Shown here: positions 50,039 through 61,310 of the stretch, one piece after another
Layout: each line of letters starts with the position of its first letter
Numbering within the stretch: position 1 is the stretch's first letter
Assembly: GCA_963555825.3 (NCBI GenBank)
Contig: CAUVXB020000002.1
Location: forward strand, 1,600,001-1,664,000
DNA: 64,000 nt
Direction of reading: 5' to 3'
Source: Alphaproteobacteria bacterium
GTDB lineage: Bacteria > Pseudomonadota > Alphaproteobacteria > JAAXGF01
Notes under the pieces: generated by a model
What the model was told of the DNA's origin: nothing
Database searches by the model: none
Seen by the model: the letters and a program-made list of their open reading frames with translations, nothing else
Program-made: the position numbers and the translations under genes

Positions 50039-50039
50039 T

Positions 50040-50837
50040 CTATGCATTCCCCGCGAAATATCGCCCTGGCGTCGTGCCGAGGGCCTTCTTGAACATGGCG
50101 ATGAAGGCGCTCGGGCTGTCGTAGCCGAGGTCGAGCGCGACGGTGGTGACCGGTTCGCCGGCCGCCAGCCAGGCCAGCGCGGTCATCAGCCGCGCCTGCT
50201 GGCGCCACTGGTGGAAGGTCATGCCGGTCTCGCGGTGGAACAGCCGCGCCAGCGTGCGCGCACTGGCGCCCGCCGTTTCGGCCCATTGCGCGAGCGTGCG
50301 GCCGTCGCCCGGCGCCACGGCCAGCGCGTCGGTAACGCCGCGCAGGCGCCGGTCGCGCGCCGCCGGCAGGTGCAGCGGCACGACCGGGAGCGTTCGGATG
50401 CGATCGAGGATGACCGCCATCAGCCGTGCCTCGGGGCCGGCCTCGAGATAGGCCGCCTCGAAACCCATCGCCTCGAGGATCAACGCGCGCAGCAGCGGTG
50501 GCACGGCGACGACGCAGCACGCCTCGGGCAGCCAGGGCGCCGCGTCGGGCGCGATGTAGAGCGTCCGCATGGCGACCGGCCCGCGCATGCGGATGCGGTG
50601 CTCGGTCTCGGCCGGCACCCAAACCGCGCGCTCGGGCGGCACCACCCAGGTGCCTTGCGCCGTCGCCACCACCATGACGCCCACCGAGGCGTAGACCAGT
50701 TGCGCCGAGCGATGCCGGTGCGGCGCGATGCGGAAGCCCGCCGGATAATCGGCGGCGCCGGCGGCGACCGGGCGGACCAGCGCGTCGGGATCGACCGAAT
50801 CGTAAATCGTCGGTTGGGTTTGACCCGATTTCGACAT
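50040..50837 (-). CDS. AraC family transcriptional regulator
   Basis: Cupin HRH..QLVY; HTH..VALDLGYDSPSAFIAMFKK. Confidence 0.93.
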   Translation of the reverse strand: MSKSGQTQPTIYDSVDPDALVRPVAAGAADYPAGFRIAPHRHRSAQLVYASVGVMVVATAQGTWVVPPERAVWVPAETEHRIRMRGPVAMRTLYIAPDAAPWLPEACCVVAVPPLLRALILEAMGFEAAYLEAGPEARLMAVILDRIRTLPVVPLHLPAARDRRLRGVTDALAVAPGDGRTLAQWAETAGASARTLARLFHRETGMTFHQWRQQARLMTALAWLAAGEPVTTVALDLGYDSPSAFIAMFKKALGTTPGRYFAGNA

Positions 50838-50891
50838 TAACTGTCAGAATAGCGAAAGATTGTCGCAAACGCGACCCTTAGATTGATCGTC

Positions 50892-52088
50892 ATGACGACA
50901 CGTCGCAGATCGCTGATCTTCGTCCATCTCGGGCATAGCTACGACCACCTGTTCATGCTGCTGTTCCCGACCGTGGTGCTCGCGCTCGAGGACGAGTTCG
51001 GCCGCTCCTACGGCGAGCTGCTGACGCTCTCGGTGTGGGGCTTCATCGCCTTCGGCGCCGGCACCCTGCCGGCCGGCTGGCTGGGCGACCGCTGGAGCCG
51101 GCGCGGCATGATGGTCGTCTTCTTCCTCGGCATCGGCGCCTCGTCGGTGCTGACCGGGCTCGCCACCTCGACCGTCGGCATCGCCGTCGGCCTCGCGTCG
51201 ATCGGCCTGTTCGCCTCGATCTACCACCCGATCGGCACGGCGATGGTGGTCGGCGGCGCGGCCGAGCCGGGCCGGGCGCTCGGCGTCAACGGCGTGTGGG
51301 GCAACATGGGCGTCGCCGCGGCGGCGCTGATCGCCGGCGCGCTGACCGATTGGGTCGGCTGGCGCGCCGCCTTCATCGTTCCCGGCGTGATCGCGGTCGC
51401 GACCGGTCTGGTTTACGCCGTGACGCTGCGCGATGGCGCCGAGCGATCGGTCGCCGCCGCGCCGGCCGCCGCGCCGGCGCCGAGCCGCGCGGCGCAGGTC
51501 CGCGCCTATATCGTGCTTGCCGTCGCGGCGCTCTGTGGCGGGGTCATCTTCAACGCGATCATCGTCGCCATGCCCAAGATCTTCGACGAGCGGCTGGCCG
51601 GCCTGGTCGACACGACCTTCGGCGTCGGCGGGCTGTTGGCGATCGTCTACGCCGTCGCCGCCTTCACCCAGATCATCGTCGGTCGGCTGATCGACCGCCA
51701 CGCGCTCAAGCCGATCTTCCTGGCGCTGCTGCTCGCCCAGCCGCCGGTCTTCCTGCTCGCCGCCGGCGCCGAGGGCTGGCCGCTGTTGATCGCCGCCCTG
51801 GCCGCCATGGTGCTGGTGTTTGGCGAGATCCCGATCCACGAGACGATCGTCGCGCGCTACACCGCCGACGCCTGGCGCTCGCGCGCCTATGCGCTGAAGT
51901 ATGTGCTTGGCCTGGGCGTCGCCGCGTTGGGCGTGCCGCTGGTCGCCTTCGTGTACCAGACGAGCAGCGGCTTTGCCTGGCTCTTCGTTATCTATGCCGG
52001 GCTCGCGCTGGTCATCGCTGCCACCGCGCTGCTGCTGCCCGGCGAACCGGCGCCGCGCCCGGTGACCGCCGCGGCCGCGGCCGAATAG
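50892..52088 (+). CDS. MFS transporter
   Basis: GWLGDRWSRR, ASIYHP; ~12 TM. Confidence 0.9.
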   Translation: MTTRRRSLIFVHLGHSYDHLFMLLFPTVVLALEDEFGRSYGELLTLSVWGFIAFGAGTLPAGWLGDRWSRRGMMVVFFLGIGASSVLTGLATSTVGIAVGLASIGLFASIYHPIGTAMVVGGAAEPGRALGVNGVWGNMGVAAAALIAGALTDWVGWRAAFIVPGVIAVATGLVYAVTLRDGAERSVAAAPAAAPAPSRAAQVRAYIVLAVAALCGGVIFNAIIVAMPKIFDERLAGLVDTTFGVGGLLAIVYAVAAFTQIIVGRLIDRHALKPIFLALLLAQPPVFLLAAGAEGWPLLIAALAAMVLVFGEIPIHETIVARYTADAWRSRAYALKYVLGLGVAALGVPLVAFVYQTSSGFAWLFVIYAGLALVIAATALLLPGEPAPRPVTAAAAAE

Positions 52089-52167
52089 GCTTTGCCCGCA
52101 AGAAGCGGATGTCGGCGGTCGTCGCGTCGCGCTTAACTGCCCCGGACGACAACCCGGGGAGGCGATC

Positions 52168-53073
52168 ATGGCGATGCGGCGGATGGGTGCGACGGAATGG
52201 GCGCTGCTGATCACCCTGTCGGTGTTGTGGGGCGGCTCGTTCTTCTTCGTCGAGGTCATGCTCGATGCGCTCGATCCCTATTCGGTCGTCTTCTGGCGCG
52301 TCGGCCCGGCGGCCGTGGCGCTGGTCGTGCTGGTCTACGCGACCGGCCATCGGCTGCCCGGCGACGGGGCGACCTGGCGCGCCTTCGTCGTCATGGGCGT
52401 GCTCAACAACGTCGCGCCGTTCACGCTGATCGCCTGGGGCCAGACCGAGATCGAGAGCGGCCTGGCGGCGATCCTCAACGCCACGACGCCGCTCTTCACC
52501 GTGGCGCTCGCCCATCTGGTGACCACCGACGAACGCCTGACGGCGTCGCGTGGCGTCGGCGTGGTGGCCGGCCTCGCCGGCGTCGCCGCTCTGGTCGGGC
52601 CGGGCGCGCTCGCCGGCGTCGGCGCCGGCGTCCTTGGCCAGGCGGCGATCCTCGGCGCCGCGCTCTCCTACGCCTGCGCCGGGCTCTACGGGCTCCGGCT
52701 CACGGCGCTGCCGGTGCCGGTCGCCGCGGCCGGCATGGTGGGCGCCTCGGCGGCGATGGCGCTGCCGATCGCGCTCGCCGGCGGCACGGCCTTCGCGTTC
52801 GAGCCCGGCCCCGCCACGATCGGTGCTATCGCCGGCCTGTCGCTGTTGAGCACGGCATTGGCCTATCTGATCTATTTCCGCGTGCTCGCCGCGGCTGGCG
52901 CGACCAACCTGCTGCTGGTCACCTTCCTGATCCCGCCCAGCGCGCTCGCGCTCGGCATCGGGTTCCTGGGCGAACGCCCGACGCTCGGCGCCTTCATTGG
53001 CATGGCGCTGATCTTCGTCGGATTGGCGGCGGTCGACGGGCGGTTGTTCAGAACAGCTCGTCGAGCCCTGTGA
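52168..53073 (+). CDS. DMT/EamA family transporter
   Basis: LWGGSF, AILNATTPLFT, STALAY. Confidence 0.92.
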   Translation: MAMRRMGATEWALLITLSVLWGGSFFFVEVMLDALDPYSVVFWRVGPAAVALVVLVYATGHRLPGDGATWRAFVVMGVLNNVAPFTLIAWGQTEIESGLAAILNATTPLFTVALAHLVTTDERLTASRGVGVVAGLAGVAALVGPGALAGVGAGVLGQAAILGAALSYACAGLYGLRLTALPVPVAAAGMVGASAAMALPIALAGGTAFAFEPGPATIGAIAGLSLLSTALAYLIYFRVLAAAGATNLLLVTFLIPPSALALGIGFLGERPTLGAFIGMALIFVGLAAVDGRLFRTARRAL

Positions 53074-54283
53074 TCAGGCGGTCGACCTCGTCGAGCGTGT
53101 TGTAGTGCACCATCGAGACGCGCACGACGCCGTCCTGGTCACGCAGGCCCAAGGTGTCGATCAATCGGGCGGCATAGAAATCGCCCTCGCGGACGGTGAC
53201 CTTGTGGGGGATGAGGCCGGCGACGATGTCGGCCGATGAGCGGCCCTCGACGACGAAGGAGATGGTCGGCGCGCGCAGCGCCGGGTCGCCGGTCGGCCGC
53301 CCGATGATGCGGACGTTCGGCTTCGAGTTCAGGTAATCGACGAGGCGTGTCGCGAGCGTCGCCTCGTGGGCCTCGACCAAGCCGAAGACCTCGCCGAGGC
53401 GTTCGCGCAGGTCGGCGTTCGAGCCCGGGAAGTGGTGCGCGTGGACGGCGTCGAAATAGTCGATGATGCCGGCCGGGCCACAGGTGATGTCGTGGTTGTA
53501 GCCGCCCAGCGTCAGCTTGCCGGGGATCTGGTCTTCCGCATAGAAATAATGGTTCTGACTGTGCGCGGCGAGCAGATGCGCGCGCTTGCCGTACATCACG
53601 CCCATGTGGGGCCCGTAGAGCTTGTAGAGCGAGAAGGCGTAGAAATCGACGTCGGTCGCCATGACGTCGAGCCGGCGGTGCGGCGCGTAGGCCACGGCAT
53701 CGACGCAGACCAGCGCGCCGGCGTCGTGCACCAGCCGCGTGATCGCGGCGACGTCCTGGATCGAGCCGGTGACGTTCGAACAATGCGTGAAGCAGACCAG
53801 CCGGGTGCGCTCGGTCAGCAGCGCCTCGAGATCGGCAATCTCGAGGTCGCAACTCGCGGTGTCGACCCGCCATTCCACAACCACGACGCCGATCTCGGCG
53901 AGCCGGCGCCAGGCGCCCGAGTTGGCCTCGTGGTCGAGGTCGGTGACGATGACCTCGTCGCCCGGCGCGAACCAGGGCCGAAGCGCGTGCGACAGCACGA
54001 ACATGTTGACCGTCGTCGAGGGCCCGAAGACGACCTCGTCGGGCGAGGCGTTGATCATCTCGGCGACCAGGCGGTGCGACAGCGCGTGGTGCTCGGCGGC
54101 CTCGGCCGAGGCCGGGTAGGCGGTGCCCGGCTGGACCCGGTTTTGGACCAGATGGCGGGTGATGCGGTCGATCACCGTCCGCGGCAACAGGCTGCCGCCG
54201 GCGTTCTCGAAGAACGCCCAATCGTCGATACCCGGGAACTGGCCGCGGACGAAATCGACATCGAGTCGGCCGGCGCTGGTTAT
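53048..54283 (-). CDS. Class V aminotransferase (cysteine desulfurase-like), apparent ATA start
   Basis: LDVDFVRGQFP..FFENAGGS, DHEAN, DAVAYAPH, SLYKLYGPH, RVSMVHYN. Confidence 0.88.
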   Translation of the reverse strand: MTSAGRLDVDFVRGQFPGIDDWAFFENAGGSLLPRTVIDRITRHLVQNRVQPGTAYPASAEAAEHHALSHRLVAEMINASPDEVVFGPSTTVNMFVLSHALRPWFAPGDEVIVTDLDHEANSGAWRRLAEIGVVVVEWRVDTASCDLEIADLEALLTERTRLVCFTHCSNVTGSIQDVAAITRLVHDAGALVCVDAVAYAPHRRLDVMATDVDFYAFSLYKLYGPHMGVMYGKRAHLLAAHSQNHYFYAEDQIPGKLTLGGYNHDITCGPAGIIDYFDAVHAHHFPGSNADLRERLGEVFGLVEAHEATLATRLVDYLNSKPNVRIIGRPTGDPALRAPTISFVVEGRSSADIVAGLIPHKVTVREGDFYAARLIDTLGLRDQDGVVRVSMVHYNTLDEVDRLITGLDELF

Positions 54284-55443
54284 TTCGTTTCCCCTTCGAC
54301 GTCACGGTGCTCGCGCGCGACGACGAAGCACTCGTTGTTGAACCACAGGCCCTTGTGTTCGGCCAACACCCGGCTGGTCGCCTCGAGATAGTCGCCGTGG
54401 GTCATCGCCTCGGTCAGCCGGTCGTCCTCGATCTGGGCGACGTAGACGGCGGCGTTCCAGGCCGCCAGCAGGGTCGAGGTGCCGATGCTGCTGGCGACCT
54501 CACGCGACGAAATCTGCAGGTGGTAGCGAAATTCGCAGTCGTCGCCGTGGTGATAGACGAAGCCGTCGTCGCCGAGTTGGTCGCGCATCGCGGCCACCAG
54601 CATGCCGCGCGGCGTCTGGAACGGATCCTCGCCGGGCCACACGGCGCGCACGATTTCCATGCCCGGATCGTCGCCCGCCGACTGGATGACGATCATCCGC
54701 CCACCCGGCGCGAGCGACTTGGCAAGCGGCGCCAGCACGGTGCGCGCCTTGGCCTCGGCCGAGCTGCGCGCGCGGTAGGGCTGCGAGACGATGACCAGAT
54801 CGTAGGCGTGATCGATGTCGCCCTTGCGCGGGATCACCGCGGACAGCGCGAAGCGCTGGTCGGCGCGGTAGAAGACCAGCACCGAGGGCGTGACGTAGTG
54901 CGGGTTGCCGGTGCGCTTGCCCGGCGTCGTGCGCCAGCCGTCGTTGACGAAGCCGAGCTGGGCCTTGATCTGGGCGTCGAACTCGTGCGCCGAGGCGCCG
55001 TCGAGCGCGACCTCGCGCCAATTTAGTCGCTCCTGGGCCTCGGGCTTGTGCGGCATCAGCCAGGGCGCCTCGACGTAATAGAGGTTGGTGATCACCATGA
55101 CCATCTGCGGGTGCTCGTAGAAGCGGTCGGCCAGCTTGTCGAGGCAGATGCGCACGTCCTCGGCCGAGATCTCCTTGCCGACGACGAAGAACGGCACCGT
55201 CGGCATGGTGTGGTGCAGGTCGCGCAGCACCATCGAGAGCACCGTGCCGTCGCCCATGCCGGCGTCGAAGACGCCGAGCGCCGGCGGGCTGGGTCTGAGC
55301 TCGTCGACCTCGCGGCCGATGCGATCGGCGGCCACCTGCTTCTCCGAGCAGGTGGTGACGAACATCAGGTACTTCTCGCGGTTGTCGAAGAAGCGGAACG
55401 GCCGGTCGTCGGCGGCCGTCGCACCGGTGGTCGGTTCATCCAT
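54280..55443 (-). CDS. Conserved hypothetical protein, methyltransferase-like fold
   Basis: VFDAGMGDG resembles SAM motif I; long ORF with GC-typical codon usage. Confidence 0.75.
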   Translation of the reverse strand: MDEPTTGATAADDRPFRFFDNREKYLMFVTTCSEKQVAADRIGREVDELRPSPPALGVFDAGMGDGTVLSMVLRDLHHTMPTVPFFVVGKEISAEDVRICLDKLADRFYEHPQMVMVITNLYYVEAPWLMPHKPEAQERLNWREVALDGASAHEFDAQIKAQLGFVNDGWRTTPGKRTGNPHYVTPSVLVFYRADQRFALSAVIPRKGDIDHAYDLVIVSQPYRARSSAEAKARTVLAPLAKSLAPGGRMIVIQSAGDDPGMEIVRAVWPGEDPFQTPRGMLVAAMRDQLGDDGFVYHHGDDCEFRYHLQISSREVASSIGTSTLLAAWNAAVYVAQIEDDRLTEAMTHGDYLEATSRVLAEHKGLWFNNECFVVAREHRDVEGETK

Positions 55444-55473
55444 GGCGCAGCCTCCCCGTGAACGCCCGGTTGG

Positions 55474-58197
55474 TCAGGCCATCCGGCCGTGGCAGTGTTT
55501 GTACTTCTTGCCCGAGCCGCAGGGGCAACGCTCGTTGCGCCCGACCTTGCCCCAGGTTGCCGGGTCGCCCGGGATGCGTTCGTCGGCCGCGACGCGGGAG
55601 CCGACCGCGGCGGTCACCCGGCTCGGCCGCATCATACCGACCCGGTCCTCGCCATTGCCGCGCCGGTTCTCCGCCGTCCGGCGCGGCGGCGCCTGCGGCG
55701 TCATGTCGCCTTCGGGCGGGGCGACGCGCAGCTCGAGATGGGCGAGCACCATGGTGATCGATTCGCGGAAGCGCGACAGCAGGCTCTCGAACATGTCGAA
55801 CGCCTCGCGCTTGTATTCGTTCAAGGGATCGCGCTGGCCATAGGCGCGCAGGCCGATGCCCTCGCGCAGGTGGTCGAGCGAGAGCAGGTGGTCCTTCCAG
55901 GTCTCGTCGAGGATCTGCAGCAGCAGGGTCTTCTCGGCCACGCGCATGATCTCGGGGCGGTAGCGTGCGACCTTCTCGGCCATCGCGCGGTCGGAGGCCT
56001 CGAACAAGCGCTCGCGGATCTCCTCGTCGGCGATGCCCTCTTCCTTGCTCCAGTCCTCGATCGGCAGGTCGAGGCCGAGAACGCGCAATGTGTCGGCGTG
56101 CAGGGCGCCGACCTCCCACTGCTCGGCATAGGCCTTCTCGGGGATGAAGGTGGCGACCATGTCGTCGATCACCGCATGGCGCATGGCGACGACCTCGTCG
56201 GAGACGTCGTCGGTGCTCATCAATTCGATGCGCTGCTCGTAGATCGCCTTGCGCTGGTCGTTCATGACGTCATCGAACTTGAGCAAGTTCTTGCGAATTT
56301 CGAAATTTCGCGCTTCGACCTTCGACTGGGCCTTCTCGATCGCCTTGTTGATCCACGGGTGGATGATCGCCTCGCCCTCTTCGAGACCGAGCTTCTGCAG
56401 CATGCTGTCCATGCGCTCGGACCCGAAGATGCGCATCAGGTCATCCTCGAGCGAGAGATAGAAGCGCGACGCGCCGGGATCGCCCTGGCGGCCCGAGCGG
56501 CCGCGCAGCTGGTTGTCGATGCGCCGGCTCTCGTGGCGCTCGGTGCCGACCACATAGCAGCCGCCGGCGGCGATCACCTTGGCCTTGTCGTCGGCGATCT
56601 CGGCCTCGATCTGGCTGATACGCCTGGCGCGCTCGGCTTCGTCCTCGACGCCGTCGAGTTCATGTCGGATGCGCATGTCGCGGTTGCCGCCGAGCTGGAT
56701 GTCGGTGCCGCGGCCGGCCATGTTGGTGGCGATCGTCACGTTGCCGCTGACGCCGGCCTGGGCGATGATGTAGGCCTCCTGCTCGTGATAGCGCGCGTTG
56801 AGCACGTTGTGCGGGATCTTGCGCTTCTTGAGCATCGCCGACAGGCTCTCGGACTTCTCGATGCTGACCGTGCCGACGAGCATCGGCTGGCCGCGCTCGC
56901 GGCATTCCTCGATCAGGTCGCAGACCGCCTGGAACTTCTCGCCTGAGGTCCGATAGACCTCGTCGTCCTCGTCGTCGCGCACGCAGGGCAGGTTGGTCGG
57001 CATCTCGATCACGTCGAGGCCGTAGATGTCGCCGAACTCGGCCGCCTCGGTCATCGCCGTGCCGGTCATGCCGGCGAGCTTGGGGTAAAGCCGGAAGTAG
57101 TTCTGGAAGGTGATCGAGGCGAGCGTCTGGTTCTCGTTCTGGATCGAGACGCCTTCCTTGGCCTCGAGCGCCTGGTGCAGGCCCTGCGAGTAGCGCCGGC
57201 CCTCCATCATGCGGCCGGTGAACTCGTCGATGATGATGACCTTGTCGTCCTTGACGATGTAGTCGGTGTCGCGCTCGAACAGGTTGTGGGCGCGCAGCGC
57301 CTGGTTGACGTGGTGCACGACCGAAACGTTCTGGATGTCGTAGAGGTTATCGCCCTCGAGTTGGCCGGCGTCGCGCAACAGACCCTCGATGCGCTCGGCG
57401 CCGGCGTCGGTCAGCGACACCGCCTTGGCCTTCTCGTCCTTCTCGTAGTCGTCCGGGCCCAGCTTGGGCATGAACTTGTCGATCTCGACGTAGAGTTCGG
57501 AGTTCTCCTCGGTCGGACCCGAGATGATCAGCGGCGTGCGCGATTCGTCGATCAGGATCGAATCGACCTCGTCGACGATGGCGTAGTTGAAGGGCCGCTG
57601 GACCATGGCGTCCAGCCTGTGCTTCATGTTGTCGCGCAGATAGTCGAAGCCGAATTCGTTGTTGGTGCCGTAGGTGACGTCGCAGGCATATTGCTGGCGC
57701 CGTTCGTCGTCGATCAGGCCGTGGACGATGCAGCCCACCGTGAGGCCGAGGAACCGGTAGATCTGGCCCATCCACTCGGCGTCGCGCTGCGCCAGGTAGT
57801 CGTTGACCGTGACGACGTGGACGCCCTTGCCCTCGAGCGCGTTGAGATAGACCGCCAAGGTGGCGACCAGGGTCTTGCCTTCGCCGGTCTTCATCTCGGC
57901 GATCATGCCCTGGTGCAGCACCATGGCGCCGAGCAGCTGGACGTCGAAATGGCGCTGTCCGAGCGTGCGCTTGGCCGCCTCGCGCACCACCGCGAAGGCG
58001 TCGACGAGCACGTCGTCGAGCGCTTCGCCGCCGGCCAACCGCTCGCGCAGCGCGGGCGTCTGGGCGGCGAGCTCGTCGTCCGTGAACGCCTCGAACGCGG
58101 CCTCGCGTTGGTTGACGGTCGCGACCGTGTCATCGAGCGTTTTGAGAATGCGATCGTTGGCGGTGCCGAACATCCGCCGCGCCAGAGCGCCGAACAT
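55474..58197 (-). CDS. secA: Preprotein translocase ATPase SecA
   Basis: [46 protein letters not shown]. Confidence 0.98.
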   Translation of the reverse strand: MFGALARRMFGTANDRILKTLDDTVATVNQREAAFEAFTDDELAAQTPALRERLAGGEALDDVLVDAFAVVREAAKRTLGQRHFDVQLLGAMVLHQGMIAEMKTGEGKTLVATLAVYLNALEGKGVHVVTVNDYLAQRDAEWMGQIYRFLGLTVGCIVHGLIDDERRQQYACDVTYGTNNEFGFDYLRDNMKHRLDAMVQRPFNYAIVDEVDSILIDESRTPLIISGPTEENSELYVEIDKFMPKLGPDDYEKDEKAKAVSLTDAGAERIEGLLRDAGQLEGDNLYDIQNVSVVHHVNQALRAHNLFERDTDYIVKDDKVIIIDEFTGRMMEGRRYSQGLHQALEAKEGVSIQNENQTLASITFQNYFRLYPKLAGMTGTAMTEAAEFGDIYGLDVIEMPTNLPCVRDDEDDEVYRTSGEKFQAVCDLIEECRERGQPMLVGTVSIEKSESLSAMLKKRKIPHNVLNARYHEQEAYIIAQAGVSGNVTIATNMAGRGTDIQLGGNRDMRIRHELDGVEDEAERARRISQIEAEIADDKAKVIAAGGCYVVGTERHESRRIDNQLRGRSGRQGDPGASRFYLSLEDDLMRIFGSERMDSMLQKLGLEEGEAIIHPWINKAIEKAQSKVEARNFEIRKNLLKFDDVMNDQRKAIYEQRIELMSTDDVSDEVVAMRHAVIDDMVATFIPEKAYAEQWEVGALHADTLRVLGLDLPIEDWSKEEGIADEEIRERLFEASDRAMAEKVARYRPEIMRVAEKTLLLQILDETWKDHLLSLDHLREGIGLRAYGQRDPLNEYKREAFDMFESLLSRFRESITMVLAHLELRVAPPEGDMTPQAPPRRTAENRRGNGEDRVGMMRPSRVTAAVGSRVAADERIPGDPATWGKVGRNERCPCGSGKKYKHCHGRMA

Positions 58198-58395
58198 GAG
58201 TGCTGGGTGACCCTTGGAAAAGCCTGACTGCCGGCGCACAAGCGGTGCCGACGGCCCACAGATAATCAACCACGCGCGGACTGTCAACGACCGGCCCGAT
58301 CACCCGGTCCCGGACCGGCGCGGCCGGTACCGCTTGTCTCGTCCTTGGACGATGTGCAAGATGCGGTTCTCTGCTCATCGTCGATGGATGCCGCC

Positions 58396-59628
58396 ATGCC
58401 GCCGCTGTCTCCTCTGGCGCCCGCCGCCTTTCCGGCGATGCCGCCGGTCGCCGGCGTGCGTCTCGCGACCTGCGAGGCCGGCGTGCGCTATCACGGGCGG
58501 ACCGATCTCACGCTCGTCGAACTGGCGGCCGGCACCACGGCGGCCGGTGTCCTGACGCGCTCGAAGACCGCCGCCGCGCCGGTCGACTGGTGCCGCGCGG
58601 CGCTCGCCGACGGCCTCGGCCGGGCGCTCGTCGTCAGCGCCGGCAACGCCAACGCCTTCACCGGCCGGGCCGGCGACGCCGCGGTCCGACACACCGCCGA
58701 GTCGGCCGCCGCGTTGTTCGGGGCGGCGTCCGAGGACGTCTTCATCGCCCAGACCGGCGTAATCGGCGAGCCGATGGACGCCGACAAGATCGTGACTGCC
58801 CTGCCGGGCCTCAGGGCCGCGCTCGACGCCGGCGCGTGGCACCAGGCCGCGCGGGCGATCATGACGACCGACACCTTCGCCAAGGGCGCCAGCGCCAGCG
58901 CGCGGATCGACGGCCACACCGTCACGATCAACGGCATCGCCAAGGGCTCGGGCATGATCGCGCCCGACATGGCGACCATGCTCGCCTTCGTCTTCACCGA
59001 CGCGCGGCTGCCATCGGCGGTGCTGCAGAACATGCTGAGCCGCGCCAACCAACGCTCGTTCAACGCCATCACGGTCGACGGCGACACCTCGACGAGCGAC
59101 ACGCTGCTCGCCTTCGCGACCGGCCGGGGGCCGGCGCACGGCCCGGTGACGCGGCTCGGCGACGCGCGGCTCAAGGGATTCCGCAAGGCGCTCGAGGCCG
59201 TCCTCGTCGACCTCGCCCACCAGGTCGTGCGCGACGGCGAGGGCGCGCAGAAGTTCATCGCCGTCACCGTGACCGGCGCCACATCGCGCAAGGCGGCGCG
59301 GCGCATCGCCCTGTCGATCGCCAACTCGCCCTTGGTCAAGACAGCGATCGCCGGCGAGGACGCCAACTGGGGGCGCATCGTCATGGCGGTCGGCAAGGCG
59401 GGCGAGAAGGCCGACCGCGACCGCCTGGCGATCCGCATCGGCGGCGTCGTGGTCGCCGAAGACGGCGTCGTCCACCCGGATTACGTCGAGGCCGAGCTGG
59501 TGCCCCATATGAAGGGTCAAGAGATCGACATCGAGGTCGACGTCGGTGTCGGGCGCAGCCGCGCGACGGTCTGGACCTGCGACCTGACCCACGGCTACAT
59601 CGACATCAACGCCGACTACCGCAGCTAG
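58396..59628 (+). CDS. argJ: Bifunctional ornithine acetyltransferase
   Basis: [43 protein letters not shown]. Confidence 0.97.
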   Translation: MPPLSPLAPAAFPAMPPVAGVRLATCEAGVRYHGRTDLTLVELAAGTTAAGVLTRSKTAAAPVDWCRAALADGLGRALVVSAGNANAFTGRAGDAAVRHTAESAAALFGAASEDVFIAQTGVIGEPMDADKIVTALPGLRAALDAGAWHQAARAIMTTDTFAKGASASARIDGHTVTINGIAKGSGMIAPDMATMLAFVFTDARLPSAVLQNMLSRANQRSFNAITVDGDTSTSDTLLAFATGRGPAHGPVTRLGDARLKGFRKALEAVLVDLAHQVVRDGEGAQKFIAVTVTGATSRKAARRIALSIANSPLVKTAIAGEDANWGRIVMAVGKAGEKADRDRLAIRIGGVVVAEDGVVHPDYVEAELVPHMKGQEIDIEVDVGVGRSRATVWTCDLTHGYIDINADYRS

Positions 59629-59635
59629 CGGTGTG

Positions 59636-60187
59636 ATGTCGTTCCAACCCATCGAAACCGACCGACTGGTCGTGCGTGCGCTGGAACCGGCCGACGCCCC
59701 GGCCATGCACCGGCTGATCGGTGAGTGGGAGGTTGCGCGAATGACGGCGAACGTTCCGCATTCCTACGAAGCCGGCATGGCCGAGGACTGGATCACACGA
59801 TCGGCTGGCCTGCTCGAGGCGGGTGAGGCCTACAATCTCGCCGTCGTGCATCGCGACGTGCCCGGCCTGATTGGTTCGGTCGGCCTTGGCCTGCCCGAAC
59901 GGCGTGCGCCGGTGCTCGGCTACTGGATCGGGCGTCCCTACTGGGGCCGGGGTTTTGCGACCGAGTCGGCGGGCGGCTTGGTCGCCTTCGGCTTCGACGC
60001 GCTCGGCTTCGAGAAGATCACCGCGAGCGTGTTTCCCGAGAACCCGGCGTCCGCACGCGTGCTGGAAAAGCTTGGCTTCGTCCGCACCGGCCACGCAATG
60101 CACGACGCGCCGGCGCGCGGCGCGCGGCAGGAGGTCGACACCTACGAGCTGAGCCGCGTCGACTTCGAGGCGCGCTGCGATGGCTGA
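59636..60187 (+). CDS. GNAT (RimJ/RimL-like) acetyltransferase
   Basis: LGYWIGRPYWGRGFATE, NPASARVLEKLGF. Confidence 0.9.
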   Translation: MSFQPIETDRLVVRALEPADAPAMHRLIGEWEVARMTANVPHSYEAGMAEDWITRSAGLLEAGEAYNLAVVHRDVPGLIGSVGLGLPERRAPVLGYWIGRPYWGRGFATESAGGLVAFGFDALGFEKITASVFPENPASARVLEKLGFVRTGHAMHDAPARGARQEVDTYELSRVDFEARCDG

Positions 60188-60590
60188 CGCGCGCCCCGTC
60201 GTGCTGGTCGCCGCGGTCGCCATGATCGACCCGGACGGCCGCGTGCTGCTCGCGCGGCGCCCCGAGGGCAAGTCGATGGCGGGGCTGTGGGAGTTTCCCG
60301 GCGGCAAGGTCGAGGCGGGCGAGACGCCCGAGGCGGCGCTCGACCGCGAGCTGCGCGAGGAGCTCGGTGTCGAGATCTGCGTGCCCTGTCTTGCGCCGCT
60401 CAGCTTCGCCTCGCACGCCTACGACGACTTCCACCTGTTGATGCCGCTCTACAGCCTGCGCAAGTGGGACGGCATCGCGCGCCCGCGCGAGGGTCAGGAA
60501 CTCGCCTGGGTGCGCCCCGAACGCCTGCGCGACTACGCCATGCCGCCGGCCGACGCGCCCTTGGTGGCGGCATTGCAGGATCTGCTGTAG
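60180..60590 (+). CDS. mutT: 8-oxo-dGTP diphosphatase
   Basis: Nudix box GGKVEAGETPEAALDRELREELG; synteny with argJ. Confidence 0.92.
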   Translation: MADARPVVLVAAVAMIDPDGRVLLARRPEGKSMAGLWEFPGGKVEAGETPEAALDRELREELGVEICVPCLAPLSFASHAYDDFHLLMPLYSLRKWDGIARPREGQELAWVRPERLRDYAMPPADAPLVAALQDLL

Positions 60591-60599
60591 GGCCGCCCT

Positions 60600-61019
60600 T
60601 CAGCCTCGGGTCAACGCTTCGACGGCTTGGCGCAAAGCCATTACGTCTGTCGGATGAAGCGATCCCATGATCAAGCGGTCGCCGCCGGGTCTTACCGTGA
60701 AAAATTGGATTGCCCACGGTAGCCGGACGGTCCGTCCCAGATCGAATTTGGTTGCGAGATCGAGGCCGGCGGCGCGCCTACCGGAGGGCGTGGCGACCAG
60801 GAACTCGCCTTTATACAGCCGGTCCGTCTTCTTGCTCGTGCCGAACGCCACCTCGACCGAACTGCGGCTCGTGCGGCGGCCCAGGAAAACGGCGCGAACG
60901 ATGGCTGGACGCGGCTTGGGGCCCGGTTTGTCGGGCATCTCGCGAAACGGGAAGCGGCACCAGACGACATCGCCCGGCCGAGGCAGCGTCGTTGGGTCGT
61001 AACACTCGTAGCTTACCAA
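60600..61019 (-). CDS. PemK/MazF-like toxin
   Basis: PGDVVWCRFP..GPKPRPAIV, VEVAFGTS, AGL..TKFDL. Confidence 0.65.
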   Translation of the reverse strand: MVSYECYDPTTLPRPGDVVWCRFPFREMPDKPGPKPRPAIVRAVFLGRRTSRSSVEVAFGTSKKTDRLYKGEFLVATPSGRRAAGLDLATKFDLGRTVRLPWAIQFFTVRPGGDRLIMGSLHPTDVMALRQAVEALTRG

Positions 61020-61285
61020 AGCGACGGGCCGAGCCGTTCCTCGCCGTCGAAACTGCTTTCGGGGAATTGATTGCGAAGCCAGGCGATCTGCGCGTCGGTC
61101 AGCGGCCCGTCGTCGGCGAGCGCCGTATGCCCTTCCCGTTCGCGCTCGTGGACCAGCGCGCTCATGATGAAGTCACGAAGCGACATGTTCCGAGACCGCG
61201 CGAGCGCCATGGCTTCATCCTTGGTGATCGGTGCCTCGGGCGAGCGATCGAAGCGCAAAGTATAAGCATTCTTGGGGGTGGCCAT
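61013..61285 (-). CDS. Putative RHH-like antitoxin
   Basis: YTLRF beta strand, LARSRNMSLRDFIMSAL helices; overlaps the toxin start. Confidence 0.6.
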   Translation of the reverse strand: MATPKNAYTLRFDRSPEAPITKDEAMALARSRNMSLRDFIMSALVHEREREGHTALADDGPLTDAQIAWLRNQFPESSFDGEERLGPSLW

Positions 61286-61310
61286 TGACACATCATGCCC
61301 TATTGGCGCT

